Notes: generated by a model not told the origin, from the letters alone. A stretch of 64,000 nucleotides of DNA from Chloroflexota bacterium (GCA_039200705.1 JBCCSC010000010.1:50272-114271), one strand, 5' to 3'. Shown: positions 46,126 through 57,373, counted from the first letter of the stretch. Translations and numbers: made by a program.

Positions 46126-46149
46126 GACGCTCACCATAGGGTCAGCGTC
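46126..46149 (-). terminator. Hairpin downstream of the DnaB-C-like gene
   Basis: The minus strand reads GACGCT-N12-AGCGTC followed by TTTGCTTAT. Confidence 0.4.
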
Positions 46150-46195
46150 AAATAATCTCTATCGTAGTGTACTCGCAATTTGCGATAGTGAAGGC

Positions 46196-47404
46196 TTAAC
46201 TTTCGATAATCTTGTCATCAATCAGTTGTTGTTGCACTTTTTGTCCGCGTGGATTAAACGCAAAATTCTGTGCATGAAGCTCAAATTCAATATCCATCAT
46301 CGCACGTCCAGCACGATTTTTCTCAACTGTCCATACAACCCAATTACGATATTGTTTCGCTGTATACGGATTAAATGAGATGTGGTCTTTCGCTAGAATT
46401 TGATATTTATTGTTCATGATGAGCGCAATATCAGATTCATAGTCAAGCGCACTACTACCCCGTAAGTGGTAGAGATGAATACGCTTGCTCTTCAAGCCTT
46501 CGCGGTCTGCTGCTACGATTGACAATACAGGTACATCGAGGGAGAGGGCAATATCCTTGAGACCTTCCACGATGATGGTTACTTTGTCGTTCTCATCGCG
46601 TGGACGTTCAGGATGAACGGCAATTTTCTGCAAATAATCCACAAATACAGTCACATTACCACCTGTTGCATCAGCGAGGCGTGCGACCATCTCTTTGATT
46701 GAGCGCAAATTGGTAACTGCCGGACTCGCTTTAAGCATAATCAAGCGGTCTGCATAACGACTCATGCGACCAATGGCTGGGGCAGTCTTGGGATGATTCT
46801 GCAAAATCGCTTGTAATGTTCCCTGACCACTATTGCTCCCCATGAATTGTTTTGCCCGTTGTGCCACAATAATCTGATACATATCGCGCAATTTAACGCC
46901 ATTTGATGTCGTAATCTCAGGTGGATTAATACTTTCGAGGCAAAGAAGGCGGTGCATCAAATGTGCTTCGGTGTGTTCGTAAGATAGATAAAATGCGTAC
47001 TGATCGGGACGCATCGCAATGTTACGTGCAATTTGTAGGGTCGCAATGGTTTTACCAATACCCTGTGCGCCTCCCAAGAGCGTTAATTCAGTTTTGCGTA
47101 AGCCACCACCGATTAAACCATCCAGAGGGTCAAAGCCTGTCGGAATAGGAACATAATCCACAAGGTCGCCTTGCATGACTTTATCATCAGCTTCGCTCAG
47201 CACTTGAGATAATGTACGTGGTAAATGAGTTGTCCTACGCTTCTTTTCTCCGCGCGGAGTAGTGGAGCGTGGAGCTTGTGGTAACTTCATTGTTGCACTA
47301 GGATTTCCTGATTGCTCTGCTTCGCGCTCACTCAGTGTATCGTCGTCGTCAAAGCTAAAGTCATTGTCGTCTGGTAAATCATCTGTGAAGCGACGAGTTG
47401 ACAT
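46196..47404 (-). CDS. DnaB-helicase-C-terminal-domain-like RecA-fold ATPase with a disordered charged N-terminus
   Basis: IPTGFDPLDGLIGGGL, Walker A GGAQGIGKT, Walker B VFVDYLQKI, and LRGSSALDYESDIALIM. No DnaB N-terminal helical domain is present. Confidence 0.7.
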   Translation of the reverse strand: MSTRRFTDDLPDDNDFSFDDDDTLSEREAEQSGNPSATMKLPQAPRSTTPRGEKKRRTTHLPRTLSQVLSEADDKVMQGDLVDYVPIPTGFDPLDGLIGGGLRKTELTLLGGAQGIGKTIATLQIARNIAMRPDQYAFYLSYEHTEAHLMHRLLCLESINPPEITTSNGVKLRDMYQIIVAQRAKQFMGSNSGQGTLQAILQNHPKTAPAIGRMSRYADRLIMLKASPAVTNLRSIKEMVARLADATGGNVTVFVDYLQKIAVHPERPRDENDKVTIIVEGLKDIALSLDVPVLSIVAADREGLKSKRIHLYHLRGSSALDYESDIALIMNNKYQILAKDHISFNPYTAKQYRNWVVWTVEKNRAGRAMMDIEFELHAQNFAFNPRGQKVQQQLIDDKIIES

Positions 47405-47923
47405 AACACGCTCATCCTTTATTGTTATTCTTTATGGAATGGAACAATTTGATTGTACTAGATATTATCAATTTATGCACAATGCCTGAGAGTGAGTCTC
47501 AAAACTTCTGATAGATTACCCTCAGATTAGCTCTATTTTTTTGTTACATACTGTAATATCGTAAGTGTATCAGATTCACTCTAAAAGCAATAGTTTGGAT
47601 AAAAAGTCCTATCTAAATTCAAACTTCTGTTACATTACACGCAGATGAATCTGCTGATATTGCCTACATAACAGGCATCCATGCTACTTAAAAACATAAA
47701 TTAAGATAAATTACAAAATAAGTTTCAACTTATGCGTGATTAAGCTACACGTAGAAAAAATTTGTGCTATGATAAGTAGCAGATAAGCAATAAACCGTTT
47801 GATAACTCAATAAGACATATTTTTGTTTGTTGAGTTAATGCTCTAAAGTAATATTTTTTATTTACAGGTGTCTGGGCAATCGTCGCACAGACAAAATAAT
47901 GACAATTTAGCTGCTAGGGGAAG

Positions 47924-49093
47924 ATGACCGTGATTCAGGAACTTCTTAATCGTGCCGAGCAACGTGGCTACCTCACCTTCGATGATGTGTTGGAAGTATT
48001 GGAAGAAGATACCGAAGACCTCAACTCCATTGAAAGCGTCCTCTACGAACTTGATGAACTAGGAATAGAATTACAGAAAGAGGGCGAAGATAACTCTGTA
48101 GACGATGATGGAAGCTCCTCTACCTCACCTGTTTCAAAGCCTATCAAAGACCCCACCGTCGGTGACATAGCTGCAATCTCCTCTGACGACCCTGTTGGTT
48201 TGTATTTTCGCCAAATGGCACAAGAACCACTCTTAACTGCCCAAGATGAAATTGACCTTGCAAAACGCATTGAACGTGGTTGCAAAGCACAAGAACGTGC
48301 TGACCGTGATGATGCAAATCAGAAAAGCCGTCGCTGGCATCAAAGTATGCAACGTTTGATTTTCGATGGACAACTCGCACGAGAACATCTTGGACGCGCT
48401 AATACACGCCTCGTAGTCAGCATTGCGAAACGTTATATGGGACAAGGTTTACCATTCCCTGACCTCATCCAAGAAGGTAATGTCGGTTTGATGCGTGCGG
48501 TTGATAAATATGATTACCGTCGTGGCAATCGTTTCAGTACTTACGCAACATGGTGGATTCGTCAAGCGATTACCCGTGCGTTAGCACAAAAAACACGCAC
48601 AATTCGTATCCCACTACACATGACAGAACGCATTCGTCAGATGTATCGTGTCGCACAAGACTTGGAACAACGCGAAGGTCGGCGACCAACACCCGAAGAA
48701 ATTGCACAAGCGATGGAACTTCCTGTTGATACAGTCCGCGCTATGATGGATGCCAGCCAACATGCGATTGCGCTAGAACGTCCCGTTGGTGACGAAGGCG
48801 ATAGCGAATTCGGTGATTTTATCGAAGACCAAGATACACCGAGTCCCGTTGAATCAGCAACACAACATTTATTACAAGAAACAATTGAAGAAGTCCTCAG
48901 CGAATTGACCCCACGCCAAAGCCATATTTTAAGATTACGCTTTGGGCTGGGCGGTGGTGAACCCCACACATTAGAAGAAATTGCAAATAAATTTGGATTA
49001 AGCCGTGAACGTATTCGCCAACTCGAAAAAGAAGCCTTGCGTCGTTTACGTCATCCTCGCTTGGCTCACAATTTGCGTGATTATCTCGGCTAA
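47924..49093 (+). CDS. Second RpoD-like sigma-70 factor (group 1/2 type)
   Basis: Region 1.2 is DPVGLYFRQMAQEPLL, region 2 is [32 protein letters not shown], and region 4.2 is TLEEIANKFGLSRERIRQLEKEALRRLRHP. Confidence 0.85.
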   Translation: MTVIQELLNRAEQRGYLTFDDVLEVLEEDTEDLNSIESVLYELDELGIELQKEGEDNSVDDDGSSSTSPVSKPIKDPTVGDIAAISSDDPVGLYFRQMAQEPLLTAQDEIDLAKRIERGCKAQERADRDDANQKSRRWHQSMQRLIFDGQLAREHLGRANTRLVVSIAKRYMGQGLPFPDLIQEGNVGLMRAVDKYDYRRGNRFSTYATWWIRQAITRALAQKTRTIRIPLHMTERIRQMYRVAQDLEQREGRRPTPEEIAQAMELPVDTVRAMMDASQHAIALERPVGDEGDSEFGDFIEDQDTPSPVESATQHLLQETIEEVLSELTPRQSHILRLRFGLGGGEPHTLEEIANKFGLSRERIRQLEKEALRRLRHPRLAHNLRDYLG

Positions 49094-49127
49094 TTGTTGA
49101 CATAAGTAAAATTAAATAGATTACTCA

Positions 49128-49162
49128 TCGGAGAGGATAGAAACCCTCTCCGATTGTTATTT
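49128..49162 (+). terminator. Intrinsic terminator after the second sigma gene
   Basis: A perfect 9-bp stem tcggagagg / cctctccga, loop atagaaac, then ttgttattt. Confidence 0.65.
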
Positions 49163-49278
49163 CACTCATGGTATCTTAATGAATGCTATTTATCACATGA
49201 ATCAAGGTCATCTATTACTGCCACTGAAGCTCTAAATAATCTATGCTTTAGGAAACGGTAAAAGTATAGGAGTGGCAA

Positions 49279-49794
49279 ATGTTGAAGAAAATTGTTGTTC
49301 CATTAGATGGTTCGCTGATAGCAGAACAAGCCCTTGATCGTGTTGAGCAAATACTCGCAAAGAATGGGCAGTTGATTTTGTTAAGTGTGATTGAAATTCC
49401 AAATGACTACGATTATGGATTAGTTGATATTCCTATGACGCTTGTGATGGCAAAGCAATATAGTGAGCAAGAATATCAGAACACACAGCAACGGGTAGAA
49501 GACTATCTGATACAAGCAGAAAAACGATTCACTGCGAAGGGTTATCTTGTAGAAAAAATTATCGAAACAGGTGACCCTGCAACAGTAATTAACGCTATAG
49601 CGGAACAAAAAAATGCCGATGCTATCATGATGACAACACATGGGCGCACAGGTCTGAACCGCTTCTTGTTCGGTAGTGTCACACAAAAAGTGATGTCGAA
49701 CATGGTTTGCCCAGTGATGGTCATCCCAAAAAAAGTCGTTGATAAGGTCAAAGTGTCGATTCAATCAGGACGCGAAATTCCAGCAACAAGTTAA
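49279..49794 (+). CDS. Universal stress protein family
   Basis: MLKKIVVPLDGS... and the ATP-binding-type tail MTTHGRTGLNRFLFGSVTQKVMSNMVCPVMVI. Confidence 0.8.
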   Translation: MLKKIVVPLDGSLIAEQALDRVEQILAKNGQLILLSVIEIPNDYDYGLVDIPMTLVMAKQYSEQEYQNTQQRVEDYLIQAEKRFTAKGYLVEKIIETGDPATVINAIAEQKNADAIMMTTHGRTGLNRFLFGSVTQKVMSNMVCPVMVIPKKVVDKVKVSIQSGREIPATS

Positions 49795-49800
49795 AGTTTA

Positions 49801-49823
49801 GGGGAGGTTAACTCCCCATTTTT
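49801..49823 (+). terminator. Intrinsic terminator after the USP gene
   Basis: GGGGAG-gttaa-CTCCCC followed by ATTTTT. It abuts the stop of the convergent PfkB gene. Confidence 0.7.
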
Positions 49824-50719
49824 CACGTTTCATTATAAGCATGGTCTAGTTGTTCTGCTGTGAGAAAACCCTCATTACCACCTGCCGACCCAATTTTGTA
49901 TCCAGCGAATAAAACTGCTTTTTGCATGGCAATGATAGGATCACCATCAACGATGTAGCTATGCAAAAATGATGAAAACAGGGCATCTCCTGAACCGATT
50001 GTGTTAACAATTGGGCGTAATGCTTTTGCTGGAATATGTTTAATGTACTGTGTCTCATGGACACCAACTAATGCTCCAGCAGCACCTAATCCTATTCCAA
50101 TAATTGCTGTCTGATGACGTTGCCACAATTGCTGAATCCACTTTTCAGCGGAGGTCGGTAAACGTTCGTCACTCATAAACAAAATATCTGCCATTTGCAT
50201 ATAATCTCTATTGTAATCATCATCCAGACTGATGATTGTATGAATATCCGTCGCAATCGAAATCCCTGCCTCTTTGACCTCCGCTAACATTGGACGACTG
50301 AAATTAATATTTGCTAAAACAGCTAAATCTACATTTCGTAAGTTGAGTTTCTCAAGTGGATAGTCTGTCTCTTGAATAGTTTTGAGGTCACTGTGAATCA
50401 TTCGCTTGCCATCGCCATCATAGAGAATAGCTGACTGTGGTGTTTCATCTAATAGAGATAGCACATGCTTATCCGAGATACCTGCCTGAGCAAGTGCCGT
50501 TCGCACACTTTGTCCTGTAATATCCTCACCAACCAACGATATAAAATCGACATCATGTCCAAGCGTAGTTAAAGCCTTGCTGATGTTGTAGCCTACGCCC
50601 GATACAGTACTCTTAACACCATGAAAAGCAAATCGCACAGGCTCATATGCAATTGGAAATTCTTCAACTTTAACAGTCGTTTCCACATTGATGAGTCCCG
50701 CAATAATAATTTTTGCCAT
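49823..50719 (-). CDS. PfkB-family carbohydrate kinase
   Basis: Ribokinase-like fold signature with C-terminal NTIGSGDALFSSFL. Confidence 0.7.
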   Translation of the reverse strand: MAKIIIAGLINVETTVKVEEFPIAYEPVRFAFHGVKSTVSGVGYNISKALTTLGHDVDFISLVGEDITGQSVRTALAQAGISDKHVLSLLDETPQSAILYDGDGKRMIHSDLKTIQETDYPLEKLNLRNVDLAVLANINFSRPMLAEVKEAGISIATDIHTIISLDDDYNRDYMQMADILFMSDERLPTSAEKWIQQLWQRHQTAIIGIGLGAAGALVGVHETQYIKHIPAKALRPIVNTIGSGDALFSSFLHSYIVDGDPIIAMQKAVLFAGYKIGSAGGNEGFLTAEQLDHAYNET

Positions 50720-50728
50720 TACTGAGTC

Positions 50729-51514
50729 CTATCGCTGAGTTATTGAGATGTCAATTGGTTGAGCAGACTGAATATCGTACACAATCAAGCTTAAAGCATC
50801 CAAATCAAAAATGGCACAAGTGTTACTATCACGACTGGTAACACTATAGACTGAACCAGAATTGATGATGTGCAAATTTTGAATCATAGCGTGCATCGGG
50901 TGATGTGTATGTCCAAGAATGATAACATCGTATTCAGCACTATAATCACGATAAATACGGTCAAAAGAGCCTTGGCGACTATCAGGGAATACACCCAATA
51001 CATCTGACCAAGGTGTGCCATGTGCAATCAGTATCTTTTTGTTGGCAAGATTGAGAGGCATCGTGTCAGGCAAATTTATCAAGAAATCTATTGTGGTATC
51101 ACTCACGACGCGCCCTAATTCATGCATCCTCTGCTGCTTCGGATGTTGTCGCCATCTATCTTGATTAGCGACTACTGTACGGTCATGATTACCTGCAATG
51201 CAAAGAATTTGTCTTTTTTGAATTACCTTAATAATCTTATCTGCATCTGAACCACGATCAACAATATCACCTGCACATACAACATTCTGAACATTTTGTG
51301 CATCAAAGATACTTAGAGCCTTTTGAAAGCTGTCATAATCTCCGTGTATGTCTGCGATAATGCCTATTTTTGAAGTCTCCTGAGATAGCTTCATAGTGAT
51401 GTATTCTTGGAGTTTTTGTAACTCTTGCGAGGACATTGTATCAATTTGTGATTTCAGTGTCTCAAATAACATGAGCCAATCCCAAAAGAAGTGCCTACCG
51501 TTTCCGATAGGCAT
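50729..51514 (-). CDS. Calcineurin-like metallophosphoesterase
   Basis: Motifs IIADIHGD, GDIVDRG, GNHD, GHTHH. The N-terminal 60 aa or so may be shorter if an internal Met is the start. Confidence 0.7.
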   Translation of the reverse strand: MPIGNGRHFFWDWLMLFETLKSQIDTMSSQELQKLQEYITMKLSQETSKIGIIADIHGDYDSFQKALSIFDAQNVQNVVCAGDIVDRGSDADKIIKVIQKRQILCIAGNHDRTVVANQDRWRQHPKQQRMHELGRVVSDTTIDFLINLPDTMPLNLANKKILIAHGTPWSDVLGVFPDSRQGSFDRIYRDYSAEYDVIILGHTHHPMHAMIQNLHIINSGSVYSVTSRDSNTCAIFDLDALSLIVYDIQSAQPIDISITQR

Positions 51515-51526
51515 TGATGCGCTAAA

Positions 51527-53020
<1,494 letters not shown>

Positions 53021-53083
53021 TTATTTATCTAAGTATTGAGTAACACAATTTTAATGAGGCATTATGGATATTTCCAATGGTTA

Positions 53084-53968
53084 TCATGAACGCAATTCTT
53101 TTGGAATGTGCATCACCTGTGATTCGCGGATACCGAGGTCAATGCCCTGTGCCTTTGCCTTTACGACAATTTCCTCAACTCGTTGTGCAACAGTTTCTTG
53201 CCATTTTCTATTGCTCATGATGGAAACCACTTGACGGGCATCTTTGTTTTCTCGCAAGTTAATCAGCCAGATTATCAAGCTGAAGGGAAAACCTGTATAG
53301 GCTATCAGGTTGCGACTCATCTCTGCCACTTCATTATCTTTACGGCGGATTGCTCCTTCCCATTGAGAGCGAGGTAGTTGTATAAGTTCTTCTGCAAATT
53401 CGAGAGCAGCATCCCGTGCGATATTAATCCCATAGCTAACTACTGTTTCATCAGCCCGCCATGCCCAACGGTCTAAATGATGAATCAATGGTGAGGCTTC
53501 TGCAATTTCGCCCTGAACAACGTCGATCAACGTAGTGAGGATATGATTGAGCCGATAAAAATCACGTTTGAGTGATTCGTCCATTCGTCCATCTGCGACT
53601 TCTGCGGTGGCAATGCCTAAATCCAGTGCAATATGAGCATTCATCCCTAAAAGCAAATGTTGCAACAATAGGAGATTTCTGTCAGCTTCCATCTCAAATG
53701 AGGCTGTCCAACAGGCACTAGGTGTGCCAATTTGTTGTTTGTAATAATCGTAGGCTTCAAAATAGCGATTCGCAAAAATCGTATCAAGTTTACGCATACG
53801 GTCGTTATCTTCAAATAATCCGAGATTACACTCGTCACGGACAACAATCGTTACAGTGCGATAAAGCGACGCAAAGTACCCTAATCGACTATTGGTCTGC
53901 ATCGTATCTTGGATGATACTATCCATGATAGTGATGACTTCATCTATGTTTTGTGCAACAAGTGGCAT
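53084..53968 (-). CDS. Conserved hypothetical protein (resembles DUF5995-type proteins, from memory)
   Basis: Motifs GYFASLYRTVT and LLLGMNAHIALDLG. No functional assignment. Confidence 0.45.
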   Translation of the reverse strand: MPLVAQNIDEVITIMDSIIQDTMQTNSRLGYFASLYRTVTIVVRDECNLGLFEDNDRMRKLDTIFANRYFEAYDYYKQQIGTPSACWTASFEMEADRNLLLLQHLLLGMNAHIALDLGIATAEVADGRMDESLKRDFYRLNHILTTLIDVVQGEIAEASPLIHHLDRWAWRADETVVSYGINIARDAALEFAEELIQLPRSQWEGAIRRKDNEVAEMSRNLIAYTGFPFSLIIWLINLRENKDARQVVSIMSNRKWQETVAQRVEEIVVKAKAQGIDLGIRESQVMHIPKELRS

Positions 53969-53991
53969 TCAACTATCCCCTAAAATACCTA

Positions 53992-54450
53992 TCAATTTGA
54001 CTCTATTGTATAACCATCGCCACCTGATTGTGTCAGATCTACAGTGATTTCTTGACCACCCCAACCATCGACAATATCATGGGCACGAACGATGACCGTT
54101 GTCACATCGTCTGGAATCACGATGTTGCTCTGACTACGTGTGAAGGGTTCAGGTGTATGTGGATGCAGCAAAACGCGCGTAAATTCATCACCACTGTTCG
54201 GGATAATCGGAGTGCCATCAGGAAGCACCACATCCCAACCATTGGCATAATCTTCCCAACCTGTATCAGGATGTTGTACCGTTACATGGAATGTCCATGT
54301 GTTGTCACCTGTATTAACAGCACGCACAAACGTTACATCTGCATCGCCACTCATTGCCATGTCATCTGCTCCAGAAGTACCTAAAAATTCACTGATACCA
54401 GCACACCCACTGAGGAAAATCAGCGTAATAAAAATCATCCACTTCGGCAT
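53992..54450 (-). CDS. Lipoprotein, function unknown
   Basis: Signal peptide with lipobox: MPKWMIFITLIFLSGCAG. Confidence 0.55.
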   Translation of the reverse strand: MPKWMIFITLIFLSGCAGISEFLGTSGADDMAMSGDADVTFVRAVNTGDNTWTFHVTVQHPDTGWEDYANGWDVVLPDGTPIIPNSGDEFTRVLLHPHTPEPFTRSQSNIVIPDDVTTVIVRAHDIVDGWGGQEITVDLTQSGGDGYTIESN

Positions 54451-54586
54451 AAACTATCCTCTTCATCATATTTATATGTGTCATAGTCTAGCATACCCAA
54501 GAATCTAAACAATCACTTACACTAGGCGGATAATCGCTTCCCACATACAATGGACAACCAATCGACAACAACAATATGGAAACACT

Positions 54587-55105
54587 ATGTCGCTCTCAAA
54601 ATGGATTCCACTATTACTCATCACACCATTGGCAATTGCTATCGACCAAGTGGCAAAGATTTGGGTCATTAATAACCTCTATTTGTATGACCCGACACAA
54701 ATTGCAGATTTTCTATATCCTTATTTGCAAATTACCCGTACAACCAACACAGGTTTTGCATTCGGTTTAGCATCAGGTGGTAATCTAATCATTCTGAATT
54801 TAGCGATTATCATTACAGGTGTGTTGCTGTGGATGTATTATCAAACGCAACCGAACGAACGTATTCAACGGATGGCATTCGCGCTCGTGATTGGTGGGGC
54901 AATCGGTAATATCATTGACCGTATTCGCTTAGGGCATGTCGTTGATTTTGTGCATGTCACAATCTTTAATATCAATAATGTATCTAACTTTGCCGACCAT
55001 TTTGTAGTGATAGGTGTCATTATCTTGATTCTGGATAGCTTCTTCGGTGACCATGATGAAGCAGAAACAACAAATCAGTTAGAGGCATCATCTGCTGAGG
55101 GCTGA
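54587..55105 (+). CDS. lspA: Lipoprotein signal peptidase (signal peptidase II)
   Basis: Four TM segments, with DQVAKIWV, NTGFAFG and GAIGNIIDRIRLGHVVDF. Confidence 0.8.
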   Translation: MSLSKWIPLLLITPLAIAIDQVAKIWVINNLYLYDPTQIADFLYPYLQITRTTNTGFAFGLASGGNLIILNLAIIITGVLLWMYYQTQPNERIQRMAFALVIGGAIGNIIDRIRLGHVVDFVHVTIFNINNVSNFADHFVVIGVIILILDSFFGDHDEAETTNQLEASSAEG

Positions 55106-55659
55106 AGCACATCCTCGCGCTTGAGTTGCTCTGCAATGAGTTTATCAAATTCGGACATCCATTTATCAGCATTTCGCATTCGTTTACGAGCTTCACGGTC
55201 ATTTTCTGCTAGTTTTTCATAGATGTCGGCGGCTTGTGACATATAATATTTCGCTTGTACATTATCGCGCTGACGATGAAATGTCAGTCCTAGATAGTAA
55301 AGTGTTTCGGCACGGTCAGGTTGAGCAGCCCATGCGTTAGTGAAGTAAGTCAAAGCCTCATCATATTCTTTGTCATTATAAGCAATCACCCCTTTGCCGA
55401 AGTTTGCTAGAATCTCATACGGATTAATCGCTAACGACTGGTCAAAATCTGCACCTGCTTCGGTTGGTGTCCCATCCTGTAAACGAAAATAGCCACGCAC
55501 AGCATAATACTCCGCCCGACGTGGATACATATCAATGGCACTGTTGATGTTATTGATAGCTTCTTCCAATTTTTTCTTCTGGAAGCTATCTAAAGCAATG
55601 CGATAATATTCATCTGCTTCATAACGGGTCATCCCCAAACGCGCAGTGAGACGTGCCAT
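55075..55659 (-). CDS. TPR-repeat protein
   Basis: Several 34-aa TPR-like units (AEYYAVRGYFRLQDG, ALTYFTNAWAAQPD, TLYYLGLTFHRQRD). Confidence 0.7.
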   Translation of the reverse strand: MARLTARLGMTRYEADEYYRIALDSFQKKKLEEAINNINSAIDMYPRRAEYYAVRGYFRLQDGTPTEAGADFDQSLAINPYEILANFGKGVIAYNDKEYDEALTYFTNAWAAQPDRAETLYYLGLTFHRQRDNVQAKYYMSQAADIYEKLAENDREARKRMRNADKWMSEFDKLIAEQLKREDVLQPSADDASN

Positions 55660-55732
55660 ACTTGTTCTCGTTTCTTAATTGACTTTCCTCTATAATCATA
55701 GCACACACACATGAATTTAAAGGATTTTTATA

Positions 55733-56905
55733 ATGGATTTTGAACTTAATGATGAAGTGAAAATGTTTCATCGGGCAGTTCGTGATTTTTGTGAAAAAGA
55801 ATTAAAACCACACGCATCAGAAGCCCATGAGACAGGCGAACTTAATTGGGATGCTATCAAAAAAATGCCTTCATTAGGTTTAACAGGTCTTCAAGTTGAC
55901 GAAGCACACGGGGGTATCGAGATTAATACGCTTGGTGCATCCATTGCTGTCGAAGAAATCGGGCGCGTTTGTGGTTCAACAGGTTTGACGATTTCTGCCC
56001 ATAACGGGCTAGGATGCGGTCCAATTATGAAGTGGGGCACACAAGCCCACAAAGATAAGTGGCTACCAATGTTGACCAGTGGCGATTATCTCGGTGCATT
56101 AGCTCTCACTGAACCGCAAGCTGGCACAGACTTGCTCAATGGCGCACAAACTCGTGCTGTCAAAGATGGTGATGATTGGGTCATTAATGGCACAAAAGCA
56201 TGGATTACGAATGTCGCGTGGTCACCTGTTCTTTCGGTTTTAGTACGCACAGATGCTGATGCTGGCTCACGCGGATTCAGTCTTATCTTAGTCGAGACTG
56301 ACCGTGAGGGCTTCACCATTCATCCACCAGAGAAAAAGATGGGCTTGAACGCTAGTAAATCTCACATGATTACTTTCGAGAATGTTCGTGTGCCGATTAG
56401 CAATACACTAGGTGAAGAAGGCAAAGGCTTTTATTATGTAATGGAAACCCTCGATAGTGGGCGTGTCAGTATTGGGGCATTAGCACTCGGACTCGCACAA
56501 GGCGCATATGAAGCGATGGTGCAGTACGCAATGGATAGACATGCCTTTGGTGAACCGATTGCAAACTTTCAATTGATTCAAGAGAAAATCGCACAAGCTG
56601 CTATGGAAATCGAGGCGGCACGTGCCCTTGTCTATAAAGCCGCGTGGACGAAAGACCAAGGCAAAGACTATACCAAAATTGCGTCCATTGCGAAATTGAA
56701 AGCTACCCTCGTTGCTGAAACAGTCAGTTATGATGCTGTGCAAGTACATGGGAGTGCAGGCTATAGCCGAGACTACCCCGTAGAACGCATCTATCGTGAC
56801 CAACGCTTAATGCAAATCGGCGAGGGAACGAACGAAATTCAACACATTGTCATCGCACGTAACGTCCTCAAAGAGTTCGAGCAGGGCGTACTCTTGCCAG
56901 TCTAA
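55733..56905 (+). CDS. Acyl-CoA dehydrogenase
   Basis: LGALALTEPQAGTDL, WITN and QIGEGTNEIQ; 390 aa. Confidence 0.9.
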   Translation: MDFELNDEVKMFHRAVRDFCEKELKPHASEAHETGELNWDAIKKMPSLGLTGLQVDEAHGGIEINTLGASIAVEEIGRVCGSTGLTISAHNGLGCGPIMKWGTQAHKDKWLPMLTSGDYLGALALTEPQAGTDLLNGAQTRAVKDGDDWVINGTKAWITNVAWSPVLSVLVRTDADAGSRGFSLILVETDREGFTIHPPEKKMGLNASKSHMITFENVRVPISNTLGEEGKGFYYVMETLDSGRVSIGALALGLAQGAYEAMVQYAMDRHAFGEPIANFQLIQEKIAQAAMEIEAARALVYKAAWTKDQGKDYTKIASIAKLKATLVAETVSYDAVQVHGSAGYSRDYPVERIYRDQRLMQIGEGTNEIQHIVIARNVLKEFEQGVLLPV

Positions 56906-56918
56906 ATATTTACATCAG

Positions 56919-56944
56919 GGGATAGCATCAAGCTATCTCTTTTT
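56919..56944 (+). terminator. Intrinsic terminator after the acyl-CoA dehydrogenase gene
   Basis: Stem gggatagc / gctatctc (one G-U), loop atcaa, then TTTTT. Confidence 0.65.
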
Positions 56945-56961
56945 CATTTAGGAGATAAATA

Positions 56962-57261
56962 GTGATCGTCATACACGGTAAAGCTCCAATTAATCCCGAA
57001 AAACGCGAGCTTGCTAAAGACATCATGAAAACGATGATGGATGCTACTCTGCAAGAAGAGGGATGTATTACCTATCAATTTTTGTTCAACCCTTGGGATG
57101 ATGCTCAAGTGCAAATCTTTGAAGAATGGGAAACACAAGACGCACTGGATAAACACTTCCACACTGAGCATATGGCAACATTTCGTCAAGCACTACCGCA
57201 AGTTGTCACAGGCAATTTCACACTCAAACGCTACGTTGTCAGTGAAGTGACTGTCCTCTAA
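56962..57261 (+). CDS. Antibiotic-biosynthesis-monooxygenase (ABM/Dabb) family protein
   Basis: 99 aa with QIFEEWETQDALDKHFHTEHM. The GTG start is preceded by aggag. Confidence 0.65.
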   Translation: MIVIHGKAPINPEKRELAKDIMKTMMDATLQEEGCITYQFLFNPWDDAQVQIFEEWETQDALDKHFHTEHMATFRQALPQVVTGNFTLKRYVVSEVTVL

Positions 57262-57267
57262 ATGTCC

Positions 57268-57300
57268 TTGCTATCGACAGATGTCGGTAGCAAATTTTTC
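57268..57300 (+). terminator. Intrinsic terminator
   Basis: An 11-bp stem ttgctatcgac / gtcggtagcaa (one G-U), loop agat, then ATTTTTC. Confidence 0.7.
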
Positions 57301-57344
57301 CTATCAAAACTCTCTCAATCGACTGATTCAAACTCAGTTCTGAC

Positions 57345-57373
57345 TCGACAAATTTGAACATTTGTTCTATAAT
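57345..57373 (+). promoter_or_regulatory. Sigma-70-type promoter candidate
   Basis: -35 TCGACA, 17-nt spacer, -10 TATAAT (57368-57373), about 48 nt upstream of ATG 57422. Confidence 0.5.
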
